Shown here piece by piece: positions 18,971-28,966 of a DNA stretch of 64,000 nt (positions within the stretch are counted from its first letter, which is position 1; the number at the start of each line of letters is the position of its first letter). Source of the stretch: a virus. The translations under genes and the position numbers were made by a program. The stretch lies in IMG/VR virus record IMGVR_UViG_3300008117_000018, positions 47,419 through 111,418 of that record. One strand, given 5' to 3'. The notes beneath the pieces are model-generated. The model was not told where the DNA came from. It worked only from the letters and a program-made list of their open reading frames with translations, and made no database searches.

Positions 18971-19339
18971 TTATAATTTTGAAAATTCGTCTAAAAATTC
19001 TCTTTCTTCTTTCACCAAAGAACTCATACCATATTTATGTATTTTATCAAGTATTTTATCCACATCTAATTCAATAGAAATATTTGAATCAATCTCAACA
19101 ACACAATTTGGAATTGAAAGAAAAACACTATCAACAACGTCAGTAAAGTGAACCTTTTGTTTATCGCTATTAAATGTGTAAGCAAATAATTTATGAGAAT
19201 CTAAATCTATAAAAATCTTATGTAGATTATATTTAGTTCTTTTTTCTAAAATCTCTTCAAAAATTAAGCTGTATTTATCACAGATAAGTTTAAGATCTTG
19301 ATTTTTTGTGATTGAATAGTCTATACAAATTATGTTCAT
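18971..19339 (-). CDS. hypothetical protein with C-terminal DUF6576-like motif
   Basis: VDKILDKIHKYGMSSLVKEEREFL. Confidence 0.7.
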   Translation of the reverse strand: MNIICIDYSITKNQDLKLICDKYSLIFEEILEKRTKYNLHKIFIDLDSHKLFAYTFNSDKQKVHFTDVVDSVFLSIPNCVVEIDSNISIELDVDKILDKIHKYGMSSLVKEEREFLDEFSKL

Positions 19340-19358
19340 AGTGGTAATTTTTATAATA

Positions 19359-19389
19359 CAAATATAAGGCTTATTTAAAAATAAACAAA
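19359..19389 (-). promoter_or_regulatory. Bacteroidota primary-sigma-type promoter (-33/-7)
   Basis: Minus strand reads TTTG-N19-TATATTTG, ending 19 nt before the ATG at 19339. Confidence 0.7.
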
Positions 19390-19459
19390 TATTTTATTGA
19401 AAATTTTTTAGAAATAGATGTTTTAGATTTAATATATACCTAAAAAATTACTTTTTAGA

Positions 19460-22189
19460 ATGAAATATCTAAATAACAGAGACGAATTTCTCAATGCTAT
19501 AAAAACAGTAAAATATGAAGATTTTAAACTAAATGAGTCTGTTGACATGACTAACTCTGGTCCATTTAGTAATGATGTGCCTTGGGGTGATACATTAGTC
19601 GGAAGATTAGTTAATGCAATAAGGAGAAAAATAGGTATTGGAGTTAATATAGTTCGAATACAACCATTAATAAGAAGGTTAAAAACAGAATTTGACAATA
19701 TTATTGAATATTCGCTTGTAGGTGAGTTATCCGAGGAAGATAAGAAAAAAATGGTAATGATAATTATCTGTACTATAATAAGAGATATTAAACTTGCGAT
19801 TATAGATAGTGCTTCAACAGGAGATGATTCTGATGAGTTAGCAGATATAGCCAACTTTGAGATTTCTGATGATAAAATGACACCAATAAAAGACGAAGAC
19901 TATCTAAAAGAAGTCGATAGTATAATCACCGAAGTAATTATTCTTATACAGGATATTTCTGTTGAAATCGGTGTTGAAATAGACAATCAAGATGAGTTGA
20001 TAAAAATATTACAGGAACTTCAAAAACAAGTCAAAGAAATGAAGAAGAAGTTCAAAGAAGAAGAAGAAGGCGCGCAAAAAGATGAAGAGGATAAAGAAAA
20101 TAAAGACAACTCAAAATCCAAGTCTTACAACGAAAACTTTAAATCAGTTGCTCAGCTAATGATTCAATATAAATCAGCCAAAGACAAACAAGCGGAATTA
20201 TACAAAGGTAAAAATATATTGGCTGGAAAAGAAGTGGCTGGAAAAGAAGTGGCTGGAAAAGAAGTGGCTGGAAAAGAAGTTGGTCCAGGCTCTGAATTAG
20301 GTAAGTCAAACAAAGAAGTGACTGCTGAGGTAGATAATAAAAATCTTTCTAGAGTAACAGATTCTTTTTTATTCGAGGCAAACCAACAATCACCCGTGCT
20401 TTTACAATTAAAAAAGACATATGACACATTTATACAAATAGAACCGGATACTATAAAAAGTCTGGAATCTTACTTAAAAATGAGTGAAGAAAATCAGTTA
20501 GCATCAAAATTCTCTGGCGCTTTAGATAGAATCTATACTCAAATTAGAAAAAAACAAGGAATATCAGAAAGAATTTTAATTAAAGAGGACATAAATGTAT
20601 TGTTATCTAATGATACAAAAATAGCCGATTCAATTAACAATTTATATAATGTATCAAAACAAAAACCAGACGGTTCTTTTGATGGTATAAGTCCAGAAAT
20701 GAAATCAGCATTAGTAAGTTTCAATACAACAATGAAGAATATTCTATCAAGTGAAAAAACAAAAGATACTTCAGATGAAGACAAAGAAGAGGTAAATAAA
20801 AATATCTCTGATGTAATGGACTCTTTTAGTTCTAGAAAATTAATGAGATATAATAGCTTCAGAAAAATAAATGAAGCAGATGACAATACGAGTAAGGGAG
20901 ATGATAATAAAGCTCAGAAACTTGAAGATGTTGAGTTTGTAACTATTTCTAATCAAAAATCTATACTATCCGCATATTGGACAGAAATTTATGAATCTAA
21001 AATATCTAAAATCTTAGTTACAGAACAAAAATACAAAGAACTTAAAAAAGAGGTTGTTAAAATAAATGTTGAAGTCAAAACAGCATTAACACTGGATGGA
21101 ATGGATCCAATTATCTCAGTATTGAAGTTATTTAACCGAGCTTACAAATTATACACAGTAAATTCTATACCAGGTGGAAGAACGGGTGGTAAAATTTCAA
21201 GAGGTGTTTCAAATGAGTACACACCTGTTGGTGGGGGTAGCTTTGGTTCTGGTGAAAATTTGTCAGGTACTAATGGACCATACAGAAACAATAGAATATT
21301 TAATATGTGGGAAAATGCAGTTTTAGACATAACTAGAGATAGAAAATATCAACCGATTTTTTCAAAGAAAACTAAAATAAGAGTAGGTGATGAATTAAAA
21401 GAAGCAGCTGGTCCTATTTTTCTAAAACTAATAAATGATTTGTTAGATGGTTCTAAGCTCTATGGACAAGGACAAACAGGTAAAGGCGCACAGCATGAAT
21501 TCATTGAAAAATACTTTGGTACTGAATCCGCTGGTGAAATAAAGCCTGAAGCTATATCACCTGGTGGTGCAGAGGAGACTAAGCAGACTCAAGAAATAGC
21601 AGAAAAAGTAAAATCTACTCAATTAAGTTTTGAAGATAAAGAATTCGAAATCAAAAATGTTGGTGATTTGAAAAGAACTATAATTAAACTAGAAGTTGAC
21701 ATGATACCTAAAGATGGTCTATCTGATGAAGAAAAAGAAAAATTAAAAGAAAATAAAGAATTTACAACAGAAAAAAGATATTTCCTAATCTTAGAAGGGA
21801 ATAATGATTTGTTGTATGTTATCCACTCAAGCACATTCTTCAACATATTGAAGTATATCAGAAATGATTTTGAGAAAAAAGGTGGTGAAGTGACATTCAA
21901 AGACTCATCATTATTGGCTGAACTTGATAGAGATGTATATCTTATGAGAATGAAACCACAAAACTTCAATAAAATGATAAGAAAAGGAACGATTGTAAAT
22001 CTTGTAGGATTAAAATCTGACAGCACATCAAGCATTGATTTAGGAAAACAAAAAACTATTTCGAGAAAATGGCTTTGTCAAGACGAAGAAAAAAATAAGT
22101 ATTTGCTAGAAAACTACAGCTATAAAAACGCAAAAGGTTTCGCAACAGATAGACTAGCATCAAATACGAGAGAAAGTACAATTGTATAA
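19460..22189 (+). CDS. large hypothetical protein (possible internal head protein)
   Basis: 909 aa, charged; late motif at 19428-19438; internal LNES/INEA-like motifs. Confidence 0.75.
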   Translation: MKYLNNRDEFLNAIKTVKYEDFKLNESVDMTNSGPFSNDVPWGDTLVGRLVNAIRRKIGIGVNIVRIQPLIRRLKTEFDNIIEYSLVGELSEEDKKKMVMIIICTIIRDIKLAIIDSASTGDDSDELADIANFEISDDKMTPIKDEDYLKEVDSIITEVIILIQDISVEIGVEIDNQDELIKILQELQKQVKEMKKKFKEEEEGAQKDEEDKENKDNSKSKSYNENFKSVAQLMIQYKSAKDKQAELYKGKNILAGKEVAGKEVAGKEVAGKEVGPGSELGKSNKEVTAEVDNKNLSRVTDSFLFEANQQSPVLLQLKKTYDTFIQIEPDTIKSLESYLKMSEENQLASKFSGALDRIYTQIRKKQGISERILIKEDINVLLSNDTKIADSINNLYNVSKQKPDGSFDGISPEMKSALVSFNTTMKNILSSEKTKDTSDEDKEEVNKNISDVMDSFSSRKLMRYNSFRKINEADDNTSKGDDNKAQKLEDVEFVTISNQKSILSAYWTEIYESKISKILVTEQKYKELKKEVVKINVEVKTALTLDGMDPIISVLKLFNRAYKLYTVNSIPGGRTGGKISRGVSNEYTPVGGGSFGSGENLSGTNGPYRNNRIFNMWENAVLDITRDRKYQPIFSKKTKIRVGDELKEAAGPIFLKLINDLLDGSKLYGQGQTGKGAQHEFIEKYFGTESAGEIKPEAISPGGAEETKQTQEIAEKVKSTQLSFEDKEFEIKNVGDLKRTIIKLEVDMIPKDGLSDEEKEKLKENKEFTTEKRYFLILEGNNDLLYVIHSSTFFNILKYIRNDFEKKGGEVTFKDSSLLAELDRDVYLMRMKPQNFNKMIRKGTIVNLVGLKSDSTSSIDLGKQKTISRKWLCQDEEKNKYLLENYSYKNAKGFATDRLASNTRESTIV
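20222..20281 (+). repeat. 15-bp tandem repeat x4 (AGKEV)
   Basis: GCTGGAAAAGAAGTG x3 plus GCTGGAAAAGAAGTT. Confidence 0.95.
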
Positions 22190-22743
22190 TGAAATATTTG
22201 AAAAAATATCAACTCTTTTTAGAAGAAGATGAGTTTGAAATTAAAGACACAGATAAAGAAGATGTAAAATTATCAAAAGATAAACTTAATCTTTTGAAAA
22301 AACATCTTACTGAATATCAGTCAAAAAAACAAGCAATTGATGAAGTCTATAAAAACTCTCAAAATTTAGAAGAGACAGGTGAAAAGATTAAAACAATTTT
22401 AGGTGAAGAATCAGAAGAGAGAAATCCATTTTTAGTAGATTATAACAACATTGCAAGAATAACCAAAGAAATTGATATTATTCATAAAGAGTTAGTTCAA
22501 GATAAATTAAGAGCAGATGACTTTAGAGAAGAATCAACTTTAGTGAAAGACTCAGAGACTAAAGCCGCAATTGTTGGTAAACTAACAGATGTTCAGAATA
22601 GAATAGCGGAAAAAAACAAAAAAATTGTTGATAAACAAAAAGAAATACAAGAGCTAACTACCGAACATCAGGAAAAAATGTCTCAAATGAAAGAGGATAT
22701 GGAAGAATATATCAAAAAAATATCCGAAACAGAGAAAAAATAG
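22189..22743 (+). CDS. hypothetical coiled-coil protein
   Basis: 184 aa, K/E-rich; TAATG overlap with upstream gene. Confidence 0.75.
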   Translation: MKYLKKYQLFLEEDEFEIKDTDKEDVKLSKDKLNLLKKHLTEYQSKKQAIDEVYKNSQNLEETGEKIKTILGEESEERNPFLVDYNNIARITKEIDIIHKELVQDKLRADDFREESTLVKDSETKAAIVGKLTDVQNRIAEKNKKIVDKQKEIQELTTEHQEKMSQMKEDMEEYIKKISETEKK

Positions 22744-22802
22744 AAAAAATATCATTTTAAAAGTTTTATATATACTTTAAATTAAAAAATTAAAATAACA
22801 AT

Positions 22803-25800
22803 ATGGCAATTCAAATTGGAAAATACAAGAGACCAGGAATCTTCATAGAAGAATTTGACAATTCAATAATCGCTTCTCCAGTTGTTGAAGGTATAACTAA
22901 CCTTATCATAGGTGTTTCTAAAAAAGGACCTGTGAATACACCAATTAGAGTACAGACAGTTGGTGACTTTGAAGCCATTTTTGGTCAATTGGACAGAAAT
23001 CTTGAAAGAAAAGGTTCTTTCTTTCATAGAACAGTTGCAAAAATGCTTGAGACAGCGCCAGTTTTCGCGATGAATCTTTTAATGACAGATGATAATTTAG
23101 ACTTAATTGATTATAAATCAATGTCTTCATCAGCACAATATAATAATGACATTTTAAGAGATGGTCCTTATAGAAGATTTTTCGATACAACAGGGTTCTG
23201 GAAAAGAGATACTGAGTCATTCATTAACTTAACTAAAAATAATACAGGTTATGCAGAGAGAGCATTTAGTTTCACTAATCTTTCCGACAGAGCAATATCA
23301 GTATTTATTTTTAAATCAAGTTTAGTTGGATTCAATAGAACTCTATTAGAATGGTACGGTTCTATTGACAAAATGCCAACCTATGTTAATCCACAAGATT
23401 ACGCATCTGACTATTTAGTAGATGTAGTTGTAGTTGGAGGAGACTGGTCAAACTATCAAGAACTAGCTGTTGATACAAGATGGAGTGCTTATTTTAACGC
23501 ATCGGGTCTTAGAAAAGAACAAATTAGAAATTTTGCCAATGACAGAAATGTAAACCTACTAGCATACTACGAAGGTTTATCATTAATTCCATATTTTAGA
23601 GATTTAAATGGTAGAAATATTTTCATTGAAACCACTATTAACAGAGACACAGATAGAACTGGTTTATTCTGCGCATTCAACACAGACTTAGTAGAAGATG
23701 ATTACTACAATGGTTTGCTAGATATAATTGGTAATACAATTGTTGGCCAAGTAGAAGCAGATATTGACTTTTTATCATATAAAGAAACAATTGCTGAACA
23801 AATTGAAATAACAGCAGTTCCATTAGATTTACCAGGAAACGTAACATCTATATTTGGAGCAACCGGTGCTTATAGTTCAGGATATCAAGGTCAGGATGAA
23901 CACGCTTTTGGTGAATCAGGTATTTACGGACCTAACGGAGGCGGTGATCCTGCTACAACATCAGCAGTTATCAATAACGGTGATAATAGAACTGGATGGT
24001 TTGGTGAAGGGTCAGTTTATAACGTGGAAGAAGGAACAACAAGCTTAACTGGAACTGGTTCTATTTCAATTAGTTATAATGTAGGCGCAGGAGCTTTTGC
24101 TATTATTGGTGATACTTATATAACTTTATCAACTACATCATCAACTACAGAAACATTGACTGTTAATTCTAGTGATTATCCTATATCATCTAGCACAAAC
24201 TCATATGTAGCAACTTTTGTTGTAGACTCTACAGGAGAATTTAAAACAATAACATCTACTTTAGCATTTGACGGCACTAATTATCCGACGGTAAGTAGCA
24301 CAGATGTAGTTTTAGGTTATGTAACATTCGGAATAGGTAGCAATGGTCAATTCGCTGGTGGAAAAACTATGTCTAGAGTAACAATTGACTCTAACGGATT
24401 CAAAAACCTTAACTTTGGAACAGCATCAGGAAATGACTTCTATATATCAGAAGTGAATGGCGTTGGTTCTGGAGATTCAATAAAAATTGAATTCTTAGGC
24501 ACAAACACACAACCTTCAGTAAGAAACTATGCACAATACAGAAGGTTTAAAATGTTTAATAGATTAGTAAATCTTATTGATAGCCCTAATAAAAATAAAA
24601 TGTCTCTAAACTTAGGAAAAACTAAAAATTATAGAAAAATTAGTTTTGACCAAATTGAAATTAGTGATATTCAAACTAATTCAACTCAAAACAAATCTTT
24701 TGTTTTGAAAACAGGACTAACTTCATCTGAATTATCAGAAGTATTACAGGGTCAACTTGTTATTTATACATTAGATAACGAATTTATTCTTGGTTCTGAA
24801 TCAGTATCTACAAAAGAATCAGCAGCAACAACAACAGACGGTGTCGTGGCTAAATATTCTAAGTTTTATTCAAGATACTATGATGGTATTACAAATACTA
24901 GAGACTTCTTCTACAGCAACAGACTTTATCAAGATTATAGTGGTTCAACAAACACTTTATTAGGTGAAATGGTTGACATTACGTTCTTAGACGGAGAAGT
25001 AGCTGCGGGTCTTACTTCATCATATGCAGGATATGACTACATTGTTTTTGAAACAGATGCGATGTCAGCCACTGCTGCGGCAATTCAATTAGATTTTCAG
25101 ACTTATGAACAAATTTTGTTCCCAGGTGCTCAATTAAATAAAGGCACATTCACCATAGTAACAAATGCGGTTGATCCGTTAATGACACCAAATGAATTAG
25201 CTAATGAATTGGGTATACCAAATGGATTCGCTTACCAGATTAATGAGGAAGTTGAATTTGAATACTTACCTGAGCAAAATCTTGTTTATAATTTCTTAAA
25301 GAAACATTACTTAAAAATGTATCTTGAAAATGACGGAGACCTACAAGTAGAATTTTTAGATGAACTTCTTGAATCAGATGAAGATGTTAATATTGAAGCT
25401 AATAATACATTCTATATTCAATCTAATAAATCAAATCTTAAACAAACAGTTGAGATTGAAATACCTACATCATATGTTCAAACACCAAATAAGATACTTA
25501 TCAAAGGTGATAGATATACTGAAGTAAAAGTAGGTGATTTCTTAGAAGCTTATGTAGACGAAAGTACTCTACAATTAGGTCAATATCCAAGAAAACTAAC
25601 AAGAATTCTTAGCAAAAGAGCTTGGTCAGGTGACTCTACTCTTACAGAAGTAACTTGTGATGCTAGAATTAAAAAATACAATTTTGGTGGTGATTATCAA
25701 ACAATGAGATACGTTTCCATCGAAAATTATGTAACTACATACAAAGCAATTCCTTTGGATGGATTCAGAATAAGACAAGCATCTTTACCAGATGGTACAG

Positions 25801-26786
25801 AAACTAGACAAAATTCAATACTAAACTTAGTATCTAAAGGAACACCTTTATTCAAAGCAATTACAAATAAAGAGGCAATAGACTTCAGATATCTAATTGA
25901 TTCATTTGGATTAGGTCTTACTGAGAGATCAAAACAACAATTAGTTGATATATGTGGTGAAAGATTAGACGCATTTGGTATATTAAATATGCCATCTTTG
26001 AGACAATTCAAAAACTCTTCTTCACCATCATTTGTAAACGCAGAGGGTGTGTTACAATTAGAATATGTTGCACAAGGAGGTGATCCTGAAAGCAACCCGG
26101 CATTCCTTTACTCTTTTGGAGAAGGAGCTGGTTCTACTTGTGTAGGTTACTTTAGTCCATACGTGTTAATTAATGACAACGGTAGACCATTAGAACACCC
26201 ACCAGCACCATTCGTAGCAACTACATTTATGAGAAAACACATTTCAAATGTCACATCTGTTACACCGTGGACAATATCAGCTGGTATTACTAATGGTAGA
26301 ATTACAAATATAAACGGACTTGAAATGGATTTCACACCGAGTGATGTAGAGTATATGAATCAAGCACAAATGAATCCACTTGTATTCAAAAGAAACAGAG
26401 GATATGTAATTGAAACTGAAAACACTGCTCAAACACTTTACAAATCAGCTCTATCTTACATTCACGTTAGAGAGGTATTGATTGAACTTGAAAGAGATTT
26501 ATCAGCTATGTTACTTGATTATCAGTGGAAATTTAACACATCTGATGTTAGAGCGGAAATTAAACTAAGAGCTGACTCTATTTGTGAATCATTTGTAAGT
26601 AGAAATGGTCTTTATAACTTCTTCAACAAAATGGACGAAGAAAACAATACACCAGAGATTATAGATAATCAAATTGGTGTTCTTGATACCTATGTAGAAC
26701 CAATTAAAGGTATGGGTATTATTGTGAACAATATCACAATTCTAAGAACAGGAGCTATAAGCGCTGGTGGATTTATAAATCCTTAA
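22803..26786 (+). CDS. contractile tail sheath protein (gp18-like), enlarged
   Basis: N-terminal RPGIFIEEFD..IIGVSKKGPVNTP; C-terminal PW..SAG..NG.I, NPLVF, SALSYIHVREVL, DEENNTPEIID. Confidence 0.92.
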   Translation: MAIQIGKYKRPGIFIEEFDNSIIASPVVEGITNLIIGVSKKGPVNTPIRVQTVGDFEAIFGQLDRNLERKGSFFHRTVAKMLETAPVFAMNLLMTDDNLDLIDYKSMSSSAQYNNDILRDGPYRRFFDTTGFWKRDTESFINLTKNNTGYAERAFSFTNLSDRAISVFIFKSSLVGFNRTLLEWYGSIDKMPTYVNPQDYASDYLVDVVVVGGDWSNYQELAVDTRWSAYFNASGLRKEQIRNFANDRNVNLLAYYEGLSLIPYFRDLNGRNIFIETTINRDTDRTGLFCAFNTDLVEDDYYNGLLDIIGNTIVGQVEADIDFLSYKETIAEQIEITAVPLDLPGNVTSIFGATGAYSSGYQGQDEHAFGESGIYGPNGGGDPATTSAVINNGDNRTGWFGEGSVYNVEEGTTSLTGTGSISISYNVGAGAFAIIGDTYITLSTTSSTTETLTVNSSDYPISSSTNSYVATFVVDSTGEFKTITSTLAFDGTNYPTVSSTDVVLGYVTFGIGSNGQFAGGKTMSRVTIDSNGFKNLNFGTASGNDFYISEVNGVGSGDSIKIEFLGTNTQPSVRNYAQYRRFKMFNRLVNLIDSPNKNKMSLNLGKTKNYRKISFDQIEISDIQTNSTQNKSFVLKTGLTSSELSEVLQGQLVIYTLDNEFILGSESVSTKESAATTTDGVVAKYSKFYSRYYDGITNTRDFFYSNRLYQDYSGSTNTLLGEMVDITFLDGEVAAGLTSSYAGYDYIVFETDAMSATAAAIQLDFQTYEQILFPGAQLNKGTFTIVTNAVDPLMTPNELANELGIPNGFAYQINEEVEFEYLPEQNLVYNFLKKHYLKMYLENDGDLQVEFLDELLESDEDVNIEANNTFYIQSNKSNLKQTVEIEIPTSYVQTPNKILIKGDRYTEVKVGDFLEAYVDESTLQLGQYPRKLTRILSKRAWSGDSTLTEVTCDARIKKYNFGGDYQTMRYVSIENYVTTYKAIPLDGFRIRQASLPDGTETRQNSILNLVSKGTPLFKAITNKEAIDFRYLIDSFGLGLTERSKQQLVDICGERLDAFGILNMPSLRQFKNSSSPSFVNAEGVLQLEYVAQGGDPESNPAFLYSFGEGAGSTCVGYFSPYVLINDNGRPLEHPPAPFVATTFMRKHISNVTSVTPWTISAGITNGRITNINGLEMDFTPSDVEYMNQAQMNPLVFKRNRGYVIETENTAQTLYKSALSYIHVREVLIELERDLSAMLLDYQWKFNTSDVRAEIKLRADSICESFVSRNGLYNFFNKMDEENNTPEIIDNQIGVLDTYVEPIKGMGIIVNNITILRTGAISAGGFINP

Positions 26787-26805
26787 TTTAATCAAATAAA
26801 AATAG

Positions 26806-26832
26806 AAACCCTCAATTTATTGAGGGTTTTTT
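26806..26832 (+). terminator. intrinsic terminator
   Basis: AAACCCTCAA-TTTA-TTGAGGGTTTTT after the sheath gene. Confidence 0.85.
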
Positions 26833-26917
26833 GTTTTATATTAAACTTTTAACGTATTAATTATTATAATAGAGGAATAGTTATATAGAATATATATTTA
26901 AAAAATAACAAATTAAT

Positions 26918-27859
26918 ATGTCAAATAATAAGAATGAAATGTCTGAAGAAGAATACTTAAAAAGACATTTGACCGAAATGGATCAAGGTAAAAATCAATT
27001 TAGCGATATACCTTTCCAAAATGCAGAACCCGTGATAGAACAAAGAGTAGATGACTTACATTTCTTCAGTTTTGATGTAAAAGAATTACCTTGCGGTAAG
27101 TTTTATCCATCCGGAACACTACTACAAGTAAGAGCAGCACAAGTAAAAGAAATTCAAGCATATTCAATGGTTGACGATAATAACTTTTACGATATAGTAG
27201 AAAAGATGAATTCTATGTTACAATCTTGTATAAGAGTAAAATACTCTGACGGTAGAGTTGGTTCTTATTTAGAAATTAGAGACCAAGATAGATTATATCT
27301 GATATTCCTTATAAGAGAATTGACTTTTCAACAGGGAAATAGTCTATCAGTAAAAACAAATTGTAAAGCTTGTAATACAGAAACACAAATAGAAATAAAA
27401 AGAAGTACATTTGTATATTATGACGTAGATGAAAAATTAGAAAAATTCTACAGCCCATCTACAAATTCTTTTCATTTTAGATTGAAAAACGGAAAAGAAT
27501 TCGAGGTGACACCTCCAAATATTGGTTTACAAAAATCTTTTACAGATTATATCATTAAAGAAAATCAAGAAAAAAGAACACCAAACCTTTCTTTCTTGAA
27601 AATAATTCCTTTTATGTTACCTGGTAGAACATCTATAACATACGATGGTATAAAATCAAAACTACGCGAATTTGAAGATATGGATGATATATCATTTCAA
27701 TTTTTGAATTCAGCCATAGGTAAAATGACATTTGGTGTAAAAGAACTGAAATATGATTGTTCGTGCGGAGAGGAGGTCCGCACAGATATGCAATTTCCCA
27801 ACGGAGCCTCAGGCATTTTCGTTATTCACGATGCCTTTGAAGCATATATTAAAGAATAA
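26918..27859 (+). CDS. baseplate hub assembly protein (gp26-like)
   Basis: ELPCGKFY, VRAAQVKE, DRLYLIFLIRELT, CKAC and CSC Cys pairs. Confidence 0.65.
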   Translation: MSNNKNEMSEEEYLKRHLTEMDQGKNQFSDIPFQNAEPVIEQRVDDLHFFSFDVKELPCGKFYPSGTLLQVRAAQVKEIQAYSMVDDNNFYDIVEKMNSMLQSCIRVKYSDGRVGSYLEIRDQDRLYLIFLIRELTFQQGNSLSVKTNCKACNTETQIEIKRSTFVYYDVDEKLEKFYSPSTNSFHFRLKNGKEFEVTPPNIGLQKSFTDYIIKENQEKRTPNLSFLKIIPFMLPGRTSITYDGIKSKLREFEDMDDISFQFLNSAIGKMTFGVKELKYDCSCGEEVRTDMQFPNGASGIFVIHDAFEAYIKE

Positions 27860-28082
27860 ACTTTTACTTCAGAAACATTTCAATCTTCAAGAATTATCAA
27901 TTGATAAATGGCCATTTTGGATGTTCGAAGAAAATATTAAAATTGTTAATGAGATTGTTGAAGAGGAAGAAAAACAGAGAAAGAAAGACGAAGAAGCTCA
28001 AAACAAACAAATGGGTAACTTCGATGCAAACTCAATGATGAGAAATGCACAAAGTATGACAAACAATGTCCCTAAATTTTAA
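27831..28082 (+). CDS. small baseplate/tail assembly protein (gp51-like)
   Basis: LLQKHFNLQELSIDKWPFWMFE resembles the LMQHHK.SL.E.ENM.PWE proteins that follow gp26. Confidence 0.6.
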   Translation: MPLKHILKNKLLLQKHFNLQELSIDKWPFWMFEENIKIVNEIVEEEEKQRKKDEEAQNKQMGNFDANSMMRNAQSMTNNVPKF

Positions 28083-28084
28083 AT

Positions 28085-28150
28085 AAAAAACCCTCAGATT
28101 CTGAGGGTTTTTTTTGCACAAAAAAAACCCTCTTTATTAAAGAGGGTTTT
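28085..28150. terminator. tandem intrinsic terminators between convergent genes
   Basis: CCCTCAG-ATT-CTGAGGG and AAAACCCTCTTT-ATT-AAAGAGGGTTTT with A/T runs. Confidence 0.85.
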
Positions 28151-28167
28151 ACTAAATATTTTTAGTA

Positions 28168-28803
28168 TTAGTATAATCCAGTAGGAGCCGCAACAGTTTG
28201 CTCACTAGCACTATCAATGTATTCATCAACAAAGTAATCCCATACAAATGTTCCTGTAACATCCTGAACGATTGTATTAGAAGACCAATCTAAATCCCAA
28301 CCAGTCAATGACTTTAACTGAACACTATTAAAAGTTACTCTTCTTAACACAACACCTTTTTTATCGTGTTGGTTTACAATAATAGAACCAATAAGGTCTG
28401 CTTTATAGTGAGTATAACCATTTTGAGAGTTAAATAACAAATCATACCAAGCTTTTAACGTATTCCAAACTTCCATTGAACCAGCATCATTAACATTGAC
28501 TTGGAATGGTATAGAAAGTTCACCAGACGTTTTAGTTGGTGTAGTTAAAAACTCTCTTGTTGAATACTTAAAACGTTGAGTAGCTTGTCCAACATCAAAG
28601 GCTGTAAGGTTAGCACCTCCTAAGTTTACTTTTGTAGCATTTTCTAACAAAAGAACTGGGTCTCTACCTTGATCATCTACTAATATTGTAGGTAAGATAA
28701 AAGTTATCTCAAATAAGTTAAGATACACAACTTCTTCTGGTAATGAACCAGGAACTCCCGGTGTTCCAGTTTGTTTTAAATTGGTAAAATGTGGTAATGG
28801 CAT
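28168..28803 (-). CDS. tail tube protein (gp19-like)
   Basis: NLFEITF, WYDLLFN..G, IIVNQHDKKG..R, LDWSSN, TFVWDYF; 211 aa. Confidence 0.8.
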   Translation of the reverse strand: MPLPHFTNLKQTGTPGVPGSLPEEVVYLNLFEITFILPTILVDDQGRDPVLLLENATKVNLGGANLTAFDVGQATQRFKYSTREFLTTPTKTSGELSIPFQVNVNDAGSMEVWNTLKAWYDLLFNSQNGYTHYKADLIGSIIVNQHDKKGVVLRRVTFNSVQLKSLTGWDLDWSSNTIVQDVTGTFVWDYFVDEYIDSASEQTVAAPTGLY

Positions 28804-28966
28804 CTTTTTTTTATTATTTTTTATTTAATTTATAAACAAATTATGTATTATATATTATAATTTTATTCGTCTCTATCTTTTTTAATCTTTATAAGGTATA
28901 TATTTATTTAAAAAATTGATTTTTTTCTAAATCTAAACAAACAAATCACTTTACAATACAATAAAT

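Noticed and set aside
27753-27859. Programmed frameshift joining gp26-like and gp51-like ORFs
   Set aside because: No X XXY YYZ slippery site seen in the overlap; an in-frame ATG at 27831 explains the second gene.
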